Below are positions 26,072-34,221 of a stretch of 42,932 bases of DNA, in pieces. This DNA is from Steroidobacteraceae bacterium. Lineage in GTDB: Bacteria; Pseudomonadota; Gammaproteobacteria; Steroidobacterales; Steroidobacteraceae. A model generated the notes under the pieces. It ran no database searches. It saw nothing but the letters and a program-made list of their open reading frames with translations, and was not told the DNA's origin. The stretch is from contig DASWUP010000154.1 of assembly GCA_036401635.1 (NCBI GenBank), positions 1 through 42,932 on the forward strand, given 5' to 3'. The position numbers and the translations under genes were made by a program. Each line of letters opens with the position of its first letter. Positions within the stretch are counted from its first letter, which is position 1.

Positions 26072-26782
26072 TTATTCAAGGCGCGTCAGAAACTTATCGA
26101 CCCGTCCTGCGAGCCGCGCCGCCGCCTGCGTGAGCGTGAGCGACGAAACGGCTTCGGGCACCCAGGACACGAAGGCGAGGGCGGGCTCACCGAGCAGCCG
26201 CTCGAGCGAGGCGAGATTCTCCTCGATCCGCGCCATACCCGGATCGACCCCGCTCGCGACCCAGCCGGCGAAACTCACACCCCGCGCTTCGATCGCAAGG
26301 CGCGTCAACTGCGCATGATTCAGACACCCGAGCGTGACGCCCACGACCATGAGGGTCGGCACGGAGAGCGCCCAGGTCAGGTCCGCCATGGTCTGCCGCT
26401 CATTGATCGGGGTGAACCAGCCGCCCGCGCCCTCGATCACTACCCAGTCCGCTTCCGCCGCGAGGGCGTCGAAGTTCTTGCGGATCGTGGTGGTATCAAC
26501 CTCGATCCTGGCCTCTTTTGCGGCGATATGCGGTGAAATGGCTGGCTCGAAGCAATAAGGGTTCACGAGGCTGTAAGGTGCCGTTGCCTCGGCCGCCGCG
26601 ATGAGCGCCAGGGCGTCGGCGCTGCGCAAGCCCTCGCGTGTGCGGGTAGCGCCGGAGGCGACCGGCTTCATGACCGCGACGCGCGCGCCGTGGGCCCGCA
26701 GCCCGCGTACCAGGGCGCACGCCACGACGGTCTTGCCCACTGCCGTGTCCGTGCCGGTGACAAAAATCCCCCTGCCGGTCAT
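26072..26782 (-). CDS. bioD: dethiobiotin synthase
   Basis: 236 aa. P-loop GTDTAVGKT at the N-terminus and BioD-like sequence. 4-nt ATGA overlap with the bioC stop. Confidence 0.9.
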   Translation of the reverse strand: MTGRGIFVTGTDTAVGKTVVACALVRGLRAHGARVAVMKPVASGATRTREGLRSADALALIAAAEATAPYSLVNPYCFEPAISPHIAAKEARIEVDTTTIRKNFDALAAEADWVVIEGAGGWFTPINERQTMADLTWALSVPTLMVVGVTLGCLNHAQLTRLAIEARGVSFAGWVASGVDPGMARIEENLASLERLLGEPALAFVSWVPEAVSSLTLTQAAARLAGRVDKFLTRLE

Positions 26783-27666
26783 GGCCGGCCTGCCCGCCGG
26801 ATCGACCCCGGCGCGATGCGCGCTTCACCCGCTACGGCAGTCGCGGCGGCCCGCCCCGCCGCTCCCCAGCTCGCGCCGTAGATGACTTCGTAGGTGGCCG
26901 GCAGTCGATCATCACGGCGAAACGCTTCGTACGCGTCCTGCATGCGCTTGAGCCGCGCCCGTCCCGCCAGGGCGCGCGGGCGCCCGGCGGTCACGTTGTG
27001 TGCGCCGATGGCCTTGAGATCGCGCATCAGCGACAGCGCATCGGGGTAGCCAACCGCAACGCGATCCACATCCAGCACCGGCTCCATGAGACCTGCGCGC
27101 ACCAGGGCATCGCCGACATCATGCACGTCGACGAAGTGATTCACATGGTTGTAGCCGTCGGCGTGCGTCCAGGCGCTGCGCAGCTCGTACAGCGTGTCGG
27201 TACCAAAGGTACTGAAGGCAAAGAAGCCGTCGGATTTGAGGACGCGACGCACTTCGGCGAGCGCCGTATCAAGCGGCTCGCACCATTGGAGCATCAGGCT
27301 GCTGAACACCACATCGACACTGCCGGCGGCGAGTGGCAGGCGCAGCGCATCCCCGCACACCCGTTCGAAGCGGCGCCACAGTTGGCTGTGACGGCGCGCC
27401 TCGCGCAGCATCCCGGGGGCGAGGTCGAGCGCAATCACGAGCGCGCGCCGGTAGCGGCGCTTGAGCTCACGCGTGACGCGGCCGGTGCCCGCGCCCAGGT
27501 CGAGCACCACCTGCGGTTCGAAAGCAAACGTCGCGAGCCGCTCGAGCAGCTCTGCGGCGACGCGCGCCTGCAGGCTGGCGGACGACTCATAGCTGGCGCT
27601 GGCGCGATCAAAGGACGCACGCAGCCTTGAGCGGTCGAGGCGAAAGAGCTCGCCCGGCTCAGCCAC
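26779..27666 (-). CDS. bioC: malonyl-ACP O-methyltransferase
   Basis: Track ORF trimmed to GTG 27666 (VAEPGELFRLDRSRLRASFDRASASYESSASLQ...), which overlaps the bioH stop by 8 nt. SAM-binding motif VLDLGAGTG. Located between bioH and bioD. Confidence 0.85.
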   Translation of the reverse strand: MAEPGELFRLDRSRLRASFDRASASYESSASLQARVAAELLERLATFAFEPQVVLDLGAGTGRVTRELKRRYRRALVIALDLAPGMLREARRHSQLWRRFERVCGDALRLPLAAGSVDVVFSSLMLQWCEPLDTALAEVRRVLKSDGFFAFSTFGTDTLYELRSAWTHADGYNHVNHFVDVHDVGDALVRAGLMEPVLDVDRVAVGYPDALSLMRDLKAIGAHNVTAGRPRALAGRARLKRMQDAYEAFRRDDRLPATYEVIYGASWGAAGRAAATAVAGEARIAPGSIRRAGRP

Positions 27667-28444
27667 GCAGGAACTCCGCGAGCAGCTGCGCGAATCGCAC
27701 CGGGTGCGAGAGGAACGGGGCGTGGGCGGCGCGCGTGAATTCGACGTAGCGCGCCTTCGGCAGCGCCGCCGCCAGCGCGCGGCTGGCTGCTGGGCGCGTG
27801 ATCCGGTCATGCCGTCCGGCGATCACCAGCGCCGGCACGCGCACCAGCTCCAGCGCCGCTCGCAGGTCGCCCTCCTTCAGCCTCTCAAGCCCGCGCGCGA
27901 GCGCCTCCGGACGCGCCGCCCCATGTACCGCCAGCGCCTCGCGCAGCGTCCTCAGCACGCGCTTGGCGGTCCGCGGCGCGCAGCCGCGCACCTGCAGCGC
28001 GAGGAACTCGCTCACCGTGCGCTCACAGTTTCCCGGCAGCTGCTCTTCGAGCTTCGCCAGCAGCGCCGGCGCCGTTCCGCAGCGCCAGTCACGGGCCGCG
28101 AGGAACTTCGGAGTCGTGGCGACCAGCGCCAGGCGCTCGACTGCCGCGGGCATGGCGGCGGCGAGATCGAGCGCGAACTGTCCCCCCAGGGACCAGCCGA
28201 GCAGCGCGTAGCGCTGCGTGAGCGGCGCGAGTGTCTCGTGGACCCGCCAGGCCTGCGCGGCCGGCGTGCTGGCGTGCGGGTGCCAGTCGCTCTTGCCGTG
28301 CCCGGGCAGATCGATGGCGATGACACGGAAGCGCCGTGCCAGCGCGCCCGCGAGCTCATCCCACACCCGTAGGTTCAGACCCCAGCCGTGCAGCAGCACC
28401 AGGTCGCGGCCGCGTCCGCTGACCTCGTAGTTCAGCGCGCTCAC
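27659..28444 (-). CDS. bioH: pimeloyl-ACP methyl ester esterase (alpha/beta hydrolase)
   Basis: 261 aa with a GTG start. HGWG oxyanion motif and nucleophile elbow GWSLGG. Its position in the bio operon matches bioH. Confidence 0.8.
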   Translation of the reverse strand: MSALNYEVSGRGRDLVLLHGWGLNLRVWDELAGALARRFRVIAIDLPGHGKSDWHPHASTPAAQAWRVHETLAPLTQRYALLGWSLGGQFALDLAAAMPAAVERLALVATTPKFLAARDWRCGTAPALLAKLEEQLPGNCERTVSEFLALQVRGCAPRTAKRVLRTLREALAVHGAARPEALARGLERLKEGDLRAALELVRVPALVIAGRHDRITRPAASRALAAALPKARYVEFTRAAHAPFLSHPVRFAQLLAEFLRG

Positions 28445-28450
28445 GCTGGC

Positions 28451-29638
28451 TTAGCTCCCCGCCCGCGCGCAGCAGCCCGCCAGCTGCCCGATGAGCTCAT
28501 CGACCTGCGCTTCGGTGTGCGCGGCGGACAGCGTGACACGCAGGCGCGCGCTCCCCTGGGGCACGGTGGGCGGCCGGATGGCCACGACCCACAGGCCCGC
28601 CTCCTGCAACTGCCGCTGCGCGGCGAGCGCGGCGGCCGCGCTGCCAAACACGATGGGCTGGATGGGGGTGATTGAGGCGCTGAGCGGCACCTGCGCCTCA
28701 CTCGCGTGTTTGCGGAAGCGCGCGGTGAGCGCCAGCACGCGCTCGCGCCGCCAGCTCTGCGCCTGCGCCAGGGCGAGCGCCCGGCGCGTGGCGGCCGCCA
28801 CCGGCTGCGGCAGCGCAGTCGTGTAGAGGTAGGGGCGCGCCTTCTGGATCAGCAACTCGATAAGATCGGCGCCGCCGGCCACGAACGCGCCGAACGACCC
28901 GAAGGCCTTGCCCAGCGTGCCGATGAGCACCGGCACATCCTCGGCGTCGAGGCCAAAGTGCTCGAGCGCACCGCGCCCGTTGGCGCCCACGACCCCGAGG
29001 CCGTGCGCGTCGTCGACCACGAGCCAGGCCTCGTGCGCGCGCGCGGCGCGCGCCAGCTCCGGGAGCGGGGCGAGATCCCCGTCCATGCTGAAGACGCCGT
29101 CGGTGGCGATGAGCGCCGCAGGAGCTCCATCCGAGGCCAGCAGCCGTGCCGCGGCCTGCGCGTCGGCGTGACGGTAGCGCCGCAATTGCGCACCCGAAAG
29201 AATCGCACCGTCGATGAGCGATGCGTGGCACAGGCGATCGAGCAGCACGCGCTCGCCGCGGGCGGCGAGTGTGCTCATGACCGCGAGGTTCGCCATGTAG
29301 CCGGTGGAGAAGAGCAGCGCGCGTTCGCGCCCGGTGAAGGCCGCCAGCTCCTCTTCCAGCCGCTCGTGCTCGAGGCCGTGGCCGCTGACCAGATGCGAGG
29401 CGCCGCTGCCCGCGCCGACGCGCGCCGCGCACGCGCTCATGGCCGCGGCGAGCACTGGGTGGCGCGCCAGGCCCAGGTAGTCGTTGCTGCTGAAGTCGAT
29501 GAGCTCACGCCCGCCGGCGAGCGCCGCCGTGCGAGCGTCGGCCGCAGCGAAGCCCTCGACCGTGGTGCGCTGGCGCCACAGCTGCATTTGCGCAAGCCGC
29601 GACAGCGCCGCCTCAAGTGCCGGTGCGGCTCGTTTCAT
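28451..29638 (-). CDS. bioF: 8-amino-7-oxononanoate synthase
   Basis: Track ORF trimmed to the ATG at 29638 (MKRAAPALEAALSRLAQMQLWRQR...). 395 aa. PLP-lysine motif GTLGKAFG and class II aminotransferase-like sequence. Confidence 0.9.
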   Translation of the reverse strand: MKRAAPALEAALSRLAQMQLWRQRTTVEGFAAADARTAALAGGRELIDFSSNDYLGLARHPVLAAAMSACAARVGAGSGASHLVSGHGLEHERLEEELAAFTGRERALLFSTGYMANLAVMSTLAARGERVLLDRLCHASLIDGAILSGAQLRRYRHADAQAAARLLASDGAPAALIATDGVFSMDGDLAPLPELARAARAHEAWLVVDDAHGLGVVGANGRGALEHFGLDAEDVPVLIGTLGKAFGSFGAFVAGGADLIELLIQKARPYLYTTALPQPVAAATRRALALAQAQSWRRERVLALTARFRKHASEAQVPLSASITPIQPIVFGSAAAALAAQRQLQEAGLWVVAIRPPTVPQGSARLRVTLSAAHTEAQVDELIGQLAGCCARAGS

Positions 29639-29660
29639 GGCGAGCGGGTACCTGCGGTTT

Positions 29661-30653
29661 TCAGCTCGCAGCGGAGGCCGCGCCGCCGGGCGCGGCCTCG
29701 GCGGTGAGTCCCAGCCGTGCGAACAGCCGCCGGTCGCGCTCGACGTCGGGGTTGCCGGTGGTGAGCAGTTTCTCGCCGTAGAAGATGGAGTTCGCCCCGG
29801 CGAGAAAGCACAGCGCCTGCAGCTCATCGCTCATGCTCTCACGCCCGGCCGACAGGCGTACGTGCGCGCGCGGCATCAGCACCCGCGCGACCGCGATAGT
29901 GCGCACGAATTGCAGCGGATCCAGATCCGCGGCGCCCGCGAGCGGGGTGCCCGGGACTTTCACCAGCTGGTTGATCGGCACGCTCTCGGGATGCGCCGGC
30001 AGACTCGCCAGCGTGCGCAGCAGCTGGGCGCGATCGGTGAGCGACTCGCCCATGCCGAGGATGCCGCCGCAACACACCTTGAGTCCCGCGGCGCGCACCG
30101 CCGCGAGCGTGTCGAGCCGGACCTGGTAGGTGCGCGTGGTGATGATCTCGCCGTAGAACTCCGGCGAGGTGTCGAGATTGTGGTTGTAGTAGTCGAGACC
30201 GGCGGCCTTGAGCTCGAGCGCCTGGGCCGGCGTCAGCATGCCGAGCGTGGCGCAGCTCTCGAGCCCGAGTGCGCACACCTCGCGGACCATCTGCACGATC
30301 ACCTGAAGGTCCCGAGCCTTGGGCGAGCGGTAGGCCGCACCCATGCAAAAGCGCGTCGCGCCCGCGGCTTTGGCGCGTGCGGCGCACTCGCGCACCGTCG
30401 CGACCTCCATGAGCGCTTGCGGCGCGAGCCCGGTGTCGTAACGCACACTCTGCGGGCAGTAGGCACAATCCTCCGGGCAGGCACCGGTCTTGATGGACAA
30501 GAGCGTGCTCATCTGCACGGTGTTGGGTTCATGGTGCGCGCGGTGCACGCGCTGTGCGCGCAGGATCAGGTCGATGAACGGCAGGCCGAACAGCGCCTGC
30601 ACCTCAGCGAGCGACCAGTCGTGCCGGATGGGGTCGGATGTCAGCTGGCTCAT
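29661..30653 (-). CDS. bioB: biotin synthase (radical SAM)
   Basis: 330 aa. Radical-SAM cluster motif [11 protein letters not shown] and BioB-type YNHNLDTS. Confidence 0.95.
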   Translation of the reverse strand: MSQLTSDPIRHDWSLAEVQALFGLPFIDLILRAQRVHRAHHEPNTVQMSTLLSIKTGACPEDCAYCPQSVRYDTGLAPQALMEVATVRECAARAKAAGATRFCMGAAYRSPKARDLQVIVQMVREVCALGLESCATLGMLTPAQALELKAAGLDYYNHNLDTSPEFYGEIITTRTYQVRLDTLAAVRAAGLKVCCGGILGMGESLTDRAQLLRTLASLPAHPESVPINQLVKVPGTPLAGAADLDPLQFVRTIAVARVLMPRAHVRLSAGRESMSDELQALCFLAGANSIFYGEKLLTTGNPDVERDRRLFARLGLTAEAAPGGAASAAS

Positions 30654-30773
30654 GCGGTACAGGACGATGCCCGAGCGCGCCGGCCCATGTCAACGAGGCG
30701 TAGCACCTTGAGTCGACAATTGGTTATTCTGCGCGCACAGCGCCTGCCGGCCCGCCGCGCCGCTGCGCTTGCC

Positions 30774-31139
30774 TCAGCGGCCAAACAGGTGCGCGAGCAG
30801 CGCGAGCGCGACACCGAGTGCCCCAAGGACCGCGATGAGCACGCCCGCGGCCGCGCAATCCTTCACGATGCGGATACCGGGGTGATCATGCAGGTGCAGC
30901 TCATCGGCGAGCCGTTCGAGCGCGCTGTTGAACAGCTCGGCCGCGATCACGGCGGCACTCGCCAGCAGCACCAGCGCCCACCACAGCGCGCCGGGGTGCA
31001 AAATACCGAGCACCGCCATGGCGGCGGTAAACGCGACCAGCTGGAACTGCAAGCTGCGCTCTGCGCGCACCCCGTAGGCGAGCCCCTGCAGCGCGAACCC
31101 GAGGCGCGCGCGGAACGATTGATTCTTGTAGACACTCAT
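30774..31139 (-). CDS. dgkA: diacylglycerol kinase family protein (DgkA type)
   Basis: Three TM helices and the DgkA motif AELFNSALERLAD. The ATG at 31139 (MSVYKNQSFRARLGF...) gives 121 aa. An upstream ATG at 31157 would add 6 residues, so the start is uncertain. Confidence 0.8.
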   Translation of the reverse strand: MSVYKNQSFRARLGFALQGLAYGVRAERSLQFQLVAFTAAMAVLGILHPGALWWALVLLASAAVIAAELFNSALERLADELHLHDHPGIRIVKDCAAAGVLIAVLGALGVALALLAHLFGR

Positions 31140-31178
31140 AAGGCGCTGACAGCCCATTCTTATTACTGGAGCTTACGC

Positions 31179-31829
31179 GTGCCGATCTGCAACCGCACCG
31201 TGTGGTCCGCCTGCGCCGCTGTCGGGCTGCTGCTCGCGGCGTTGGGGGCGGCACCCGTGGTCCACGCCGGCGGCGGGCCGCTCGGGATCGACCATCGACT
31301 TAGCTACGATAGCAGCGGTATCTGGGCGCGCTCCAACCAGCAGGCGCTGATCGCCGTGCTGCTGGTGGGCGAGGCGGGTGGCGCGCTCTGGGAGGGTGGC
31401 GAAGAGCGCTTCGGGCGCACACTGTGGCAGTCCATCGATGCGACGGTCATCGGCGGGGTGTCCTCGGAGGTCCTGAAGCGGGTGTTTTCCCGTGAGCGCC
31501 CGGACATCACTTCCGATCCCAACAGGTGGTTCAAGGGCGGCGGTAACCAGAGTTTCCCGAGCGGCGAGGTCACCACCACGGCCGCCGTCGTGACGCCGCT
31601 GGTGCTCGAGTACGGCCGCGAGCACCCCGCGGTCTACGCGCTGGAGCTGCTGCCGGTGTACGACGCGATCGCCCGCATGAAGGTGCGTGCGCACTGGCAG
31701 TCGGACGTGATCGCAGGTTTCGCGCTCGGCAGCGCCGTGGGTTATTTCGCGCACTCCCGCGCCGGCACGCCGCTGGTGCTGTCGGTCATGCCGCACAGCA
31801 TCTACGTGGGGCTGAAGAAAAAGTGGTGA
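31179..31829 (+). CDS. secreted/membrane PAP2-family (acid phosphatase / lipid phosphate phosphatase) protein with variant motifs
   Basis: C-terminal part of track ORF 29484..31829. There is no in-frame ATG, so GTG 31179 is the candidate start, followed by the signal peptide VPICNRTVWSACAAVGLLLAALGAAPVVHA. PAP2 motifs: KRVFSRERP (K-x6-RP), PSGE (normally PSGH) and ARMKVRAHWQSD (normally SR-x5-H-x3-D). Confidence 0.75.
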   Translation: MPICNRTVWSACAAVGLLLAALGAAPVVHAGGGPLGIDHRLSYDSSGIWARSNQQALIAVLLVGEAGGALWEGGEERFGRTLWQSIDATVIGGVSSEVLKRVFSRERPDITSDPNRWFKGGGNQSFPSGEVTTTAAVVTPLVLEYGREHPAVYALELLPVYDAIARMKVRAHWQSDVIAGFALGSAVGYFAHSRAGTPLVLSVMPHSIYVGLKKKW

Positions 31830-31885
31830 TGGGCGCATCGCTGGGGGCGCTCCCGGGCGCTGCCATGCGGGGTGCGAGCGCCGCT

Positions 31886-32815
31886 TCAGTCGGCGTACAC
31901 ATATTGCAGCAGGATGCCGACGAACACCGCCAGGCCCACGAACTGATTGTTGAGAAAGGCGCGCAGGCAGGCGGCGGGTTCGCGCTTGCGGATGAGCCAC
32001 TGCTGCCACAGGAACAGCACGCCCGCCGCCGCCAGACAAGCCTGATAGGGGCGTCCGAAGTGCAGGTTGCGCCCCACCAGCACCAGCGCGTACAGCATCA
32101 TCCCCTGCATCACGCCGATCAGCAGCCTGTCGAGGTCTGCGAACAGGATGGCGCTCGATTTCACGCCGATCTTGAGGTCGTCCTCGCGGTCGACCATGGC
32201 GTAGATGGTGTCGTACATCGCCGCCCACATGACCGCGGCGATATACAGCACCCACGCGACCCGCGGCAGCGCACCGGTCTGCGCGGCGAACGCCATCGGC
32301 ACGCTCCAGCCGCCGAAGGAGATGCCGAGGTACAGCTGCGGCACGGGGAAGAAGCGCTTGAAGAGCGGATAGGAGATGGTGAGCAACGCGCCGATACCCG
32401 CGAGCTGCACGGTGAGCAGGTCGAGGCGCGTCACCAGGTACAGCGCCACCGCGAGCAGCAGCGCAAACAGCAGCAGCGCCTCGCGCGGGCCGACGCGGCG
32501 TGCGGCGAGCGGCCGGTCGCGCGTGCGCTGCACGTGCGGGTCGATGTTGCGGTCGGCGAAGTCGTTGATCACGCAGCCGGCGGCGCGCATCACGACCACC
32601 CCCAGCACGAACACCACGAGCACCTGCGGGCGCGGACGGCCGGTGCCCGCGATCCACAGCGCCCACAGCGCCGGCCACAGCAGCAGCCAGGTGCCGACCG
32701 GGCGGTCGAGTCGCATCAGTCGCGCGTACTCGGTCACGCGCCGCCCCAGGCGGTACCAGAACGGCGCCTCCCGGATCTGCGGCGCCGCCGCGAACTGCTG
32801 CGGTACCGCGGTCAT
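31886..32815 (-). CDS. ubiA: 4-hydroxybenzoate polyprenyltransferase
   Basis: Track ORF trimmed to the ATG at 32815 (MTAVPQQFAAAPQIREAPFWYRLGRRVTEYARLMRLDRPVGTWLLLWP...). Motif NDFADRNIDPHVQRTRDRPLA. 309 aa. Confidence 0.9.
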   Translation of the reverse strand: MTAVPQQFAAAPQIREAPFWYRLGRRVTEYARLMRLDRPVGTWLLLWPALWALWIAGTGRPRPQVLVVFVLGVVVMRAAGCVINDFADRNIDPHVQRTRDRPLAARRVGPREALLLFALLLAVALYLVTRLDLLTVQLAGIGALLTISYPLFKRFFPVPQLYLGISFGGWSVPMAFAAQTGALPRVAWVLYIAAVMWAAMYDTIYAMVDREDDLKIGVKSSAILFADLDRLLIGVMQGMMLYALVLVGRNLHFGRPYQACLAAAGVLFLWQQWLIRKREPAACLRAFLNNQFVGLAVFVGILLQYVYAD

Positions 32816-32862
32816 CCTGAGCCGGGCCTGTTGAGAGCGAACGCCATCATGTGCGCATAAGT

Positions 32863-34140
32863 CTACTTCGCCGGCCCGGTGCGCCGCAGCGGCTGCGCGC
32901 GCGATCCCTGCAGCGCATACCAGGCGACATAGGCGTAACACAGCAGCGGCAGCATGAAGGCGAGCTGCACGCCGATGCGATCCGCGAGCAGGCCCTGCAG
33001 CAGCGGGATCACCGCGCCGCCGAAGATCGCCATCACCAGCAGGCTCGAAGCCCTGCTGGTCATCGGCCCGAGGCCTTCGATGCCGAGGGTGAACAGGGTC
33101 GGGAACATGATGGAGTTGAACAGCCCGATCGCGATCACGCTCCACATCGCGAGCGCGCCGCTGCTGACAATGGTGGTCGCCAGCAGCGCCATCGCAACCA
33201 GGGCGAACACGCATAACAGCGCGCGCGGTGCGATCCGGCGCAGCAACACCGAGCCGATGAAGCGCCCGGTCATCGCGGCACCCCAGTAGTACGAAACATA
33301 GTGCGCGGCGCTGCCGGCATCGATGTTGCCAATGCGCGGGGTGGCGATGTAATTGATCAGGAAGCTGCCGATAGTCACTTCCGCGCCGACATACACGAAG
33401 ATCGCGATCACGCCCAGGCGCAGATGCCGGTGCTGCAACACCTCGGCGAACCTGTGGGGGTGCGGATCGGCCTGCTCGGTGGCTTCGGTGAGCGGCGGCA
33501 GGCGCAACAGGTAGACCAGGCTCGCCAGCAGCAACAATCCGGCGGCGATGCCGAGATAGGGCAGCTGCACCGATGCGGCCTGCGCGATACGGTAGGCCTC
33601 TTGCTGCGCGCCCGGCAGCTGCGCGAGCTCCCTGCTACCGATTACCGCGACCGACAGGATCAGCGGTCCGATCAGGGCCGGCGACAGGGTGTGGCCGAGC
33701 GAATTCAGCGCCTGCGCCAACGTGAGGCGGCTGGAGGCGCCGCGTGGCTCCCCGAGCAGGCTGATGTATGGGTTCGCCGAGACCTGCAACAGCGTGATGC
33801 CGCAGGCGAGCACGAACAGCGCCAGCAGGAACAGCGGATACGACGGCACCTTGGCCGCCGGATAGAACGCCAGCGCACCGATGGCGGCGACGATCAGACC
33901 GATGACGATGCTCGGCTTGTAACCGACATGCCCCGTGACGCGTCCCGAGGGTATAGCCATCAGCAGGTAGGTGCTGAAGAAGGTGAACTGCACCAGCATC
34001 GTCTGCGCGTAGTTCATCGCGAACACCGCCTTCAGATGCGGAATCAGCACGTCGTTGAGGCTGGTGAGGCCTCCCCAGGTGAAGAAGATGATGCTCAGAA
34101 CCGCGATCGCCGCGTTGGAGGAGAGGTTGCGGCGGCTCAC
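32863..34140 (-). CDS. MFS sugar transporter (glucose/galactose / FucP-type)
   Basis: Track ORF 32863..35448 trimmed because its 5' part is antisense to the GH92 gene. There is no in-frame ATG. GTG 34140 has GGAAG upstream; GTG 34179 is the alternative. The sequence FFTWGGLTSLNDVLIPHLKAVFAMNYAQTMLVQF...LQVSANPY is typical of the GluP/FucP subfamily. Confidence 0.8.
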   Translation of the reverse strand: MSRRNLSSNAAIAVLSIIFFTWGGLTSLNDVLIPHLKAVFAMNYAQTMLVQFTFFSTYLLMAIPSGRVTGHVGYKPSIVIGLIVAAIGALAFYPAAKVPSYPLFLLALFVLACGITLLQVSANPYISLLGEPRGASSRLTLAQALNSLGHTLSPALIGPLILSVAVIGSRELAQLPGAQQEAYRIAQAASVQLPYLGIAAGLLLLASLVYLLRLPPLTEATEQADPHPHRFAEVLQHRHLRLGVIAIFVYVGAEVTIGSFLINYIATPRIGNIDAGSAAHYVSYYWGAAMTGRFIGSVLLRRIAPRALLCVFALVAMALLATTIVSSGALAMWSVIAIGLFNSIMFPTLFTLGIEGLGPMTSRASSLLVMAIFGGAVIPLLQGLLADRIGVQLAFMLPLLCYAYVAWYALQGSRAQPLRRTGPAK

Positions 34141-34221
34141 GGCGCGCGCACTTCCGGGATCGGCTGTGGGTTGCGGCACAATAGCTGATCTGAGCGGCGA
34201 CCAGAACAGCAGGGGCGGGCC

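Noticed and set aside
30654-30773. Search for a BirA-type operator or a clear promoter upstream of bioB. The region contains TTGACA, GTCGAC and CAATTG.
   Set aside because: There is no inverted repeat resembling TTGTAAACC...GGTTTACAA. The short palindromes are restriction-site-sized and are not arranged as an operator. The TTGACA has no acceptable -10 element at 16-18 nt.
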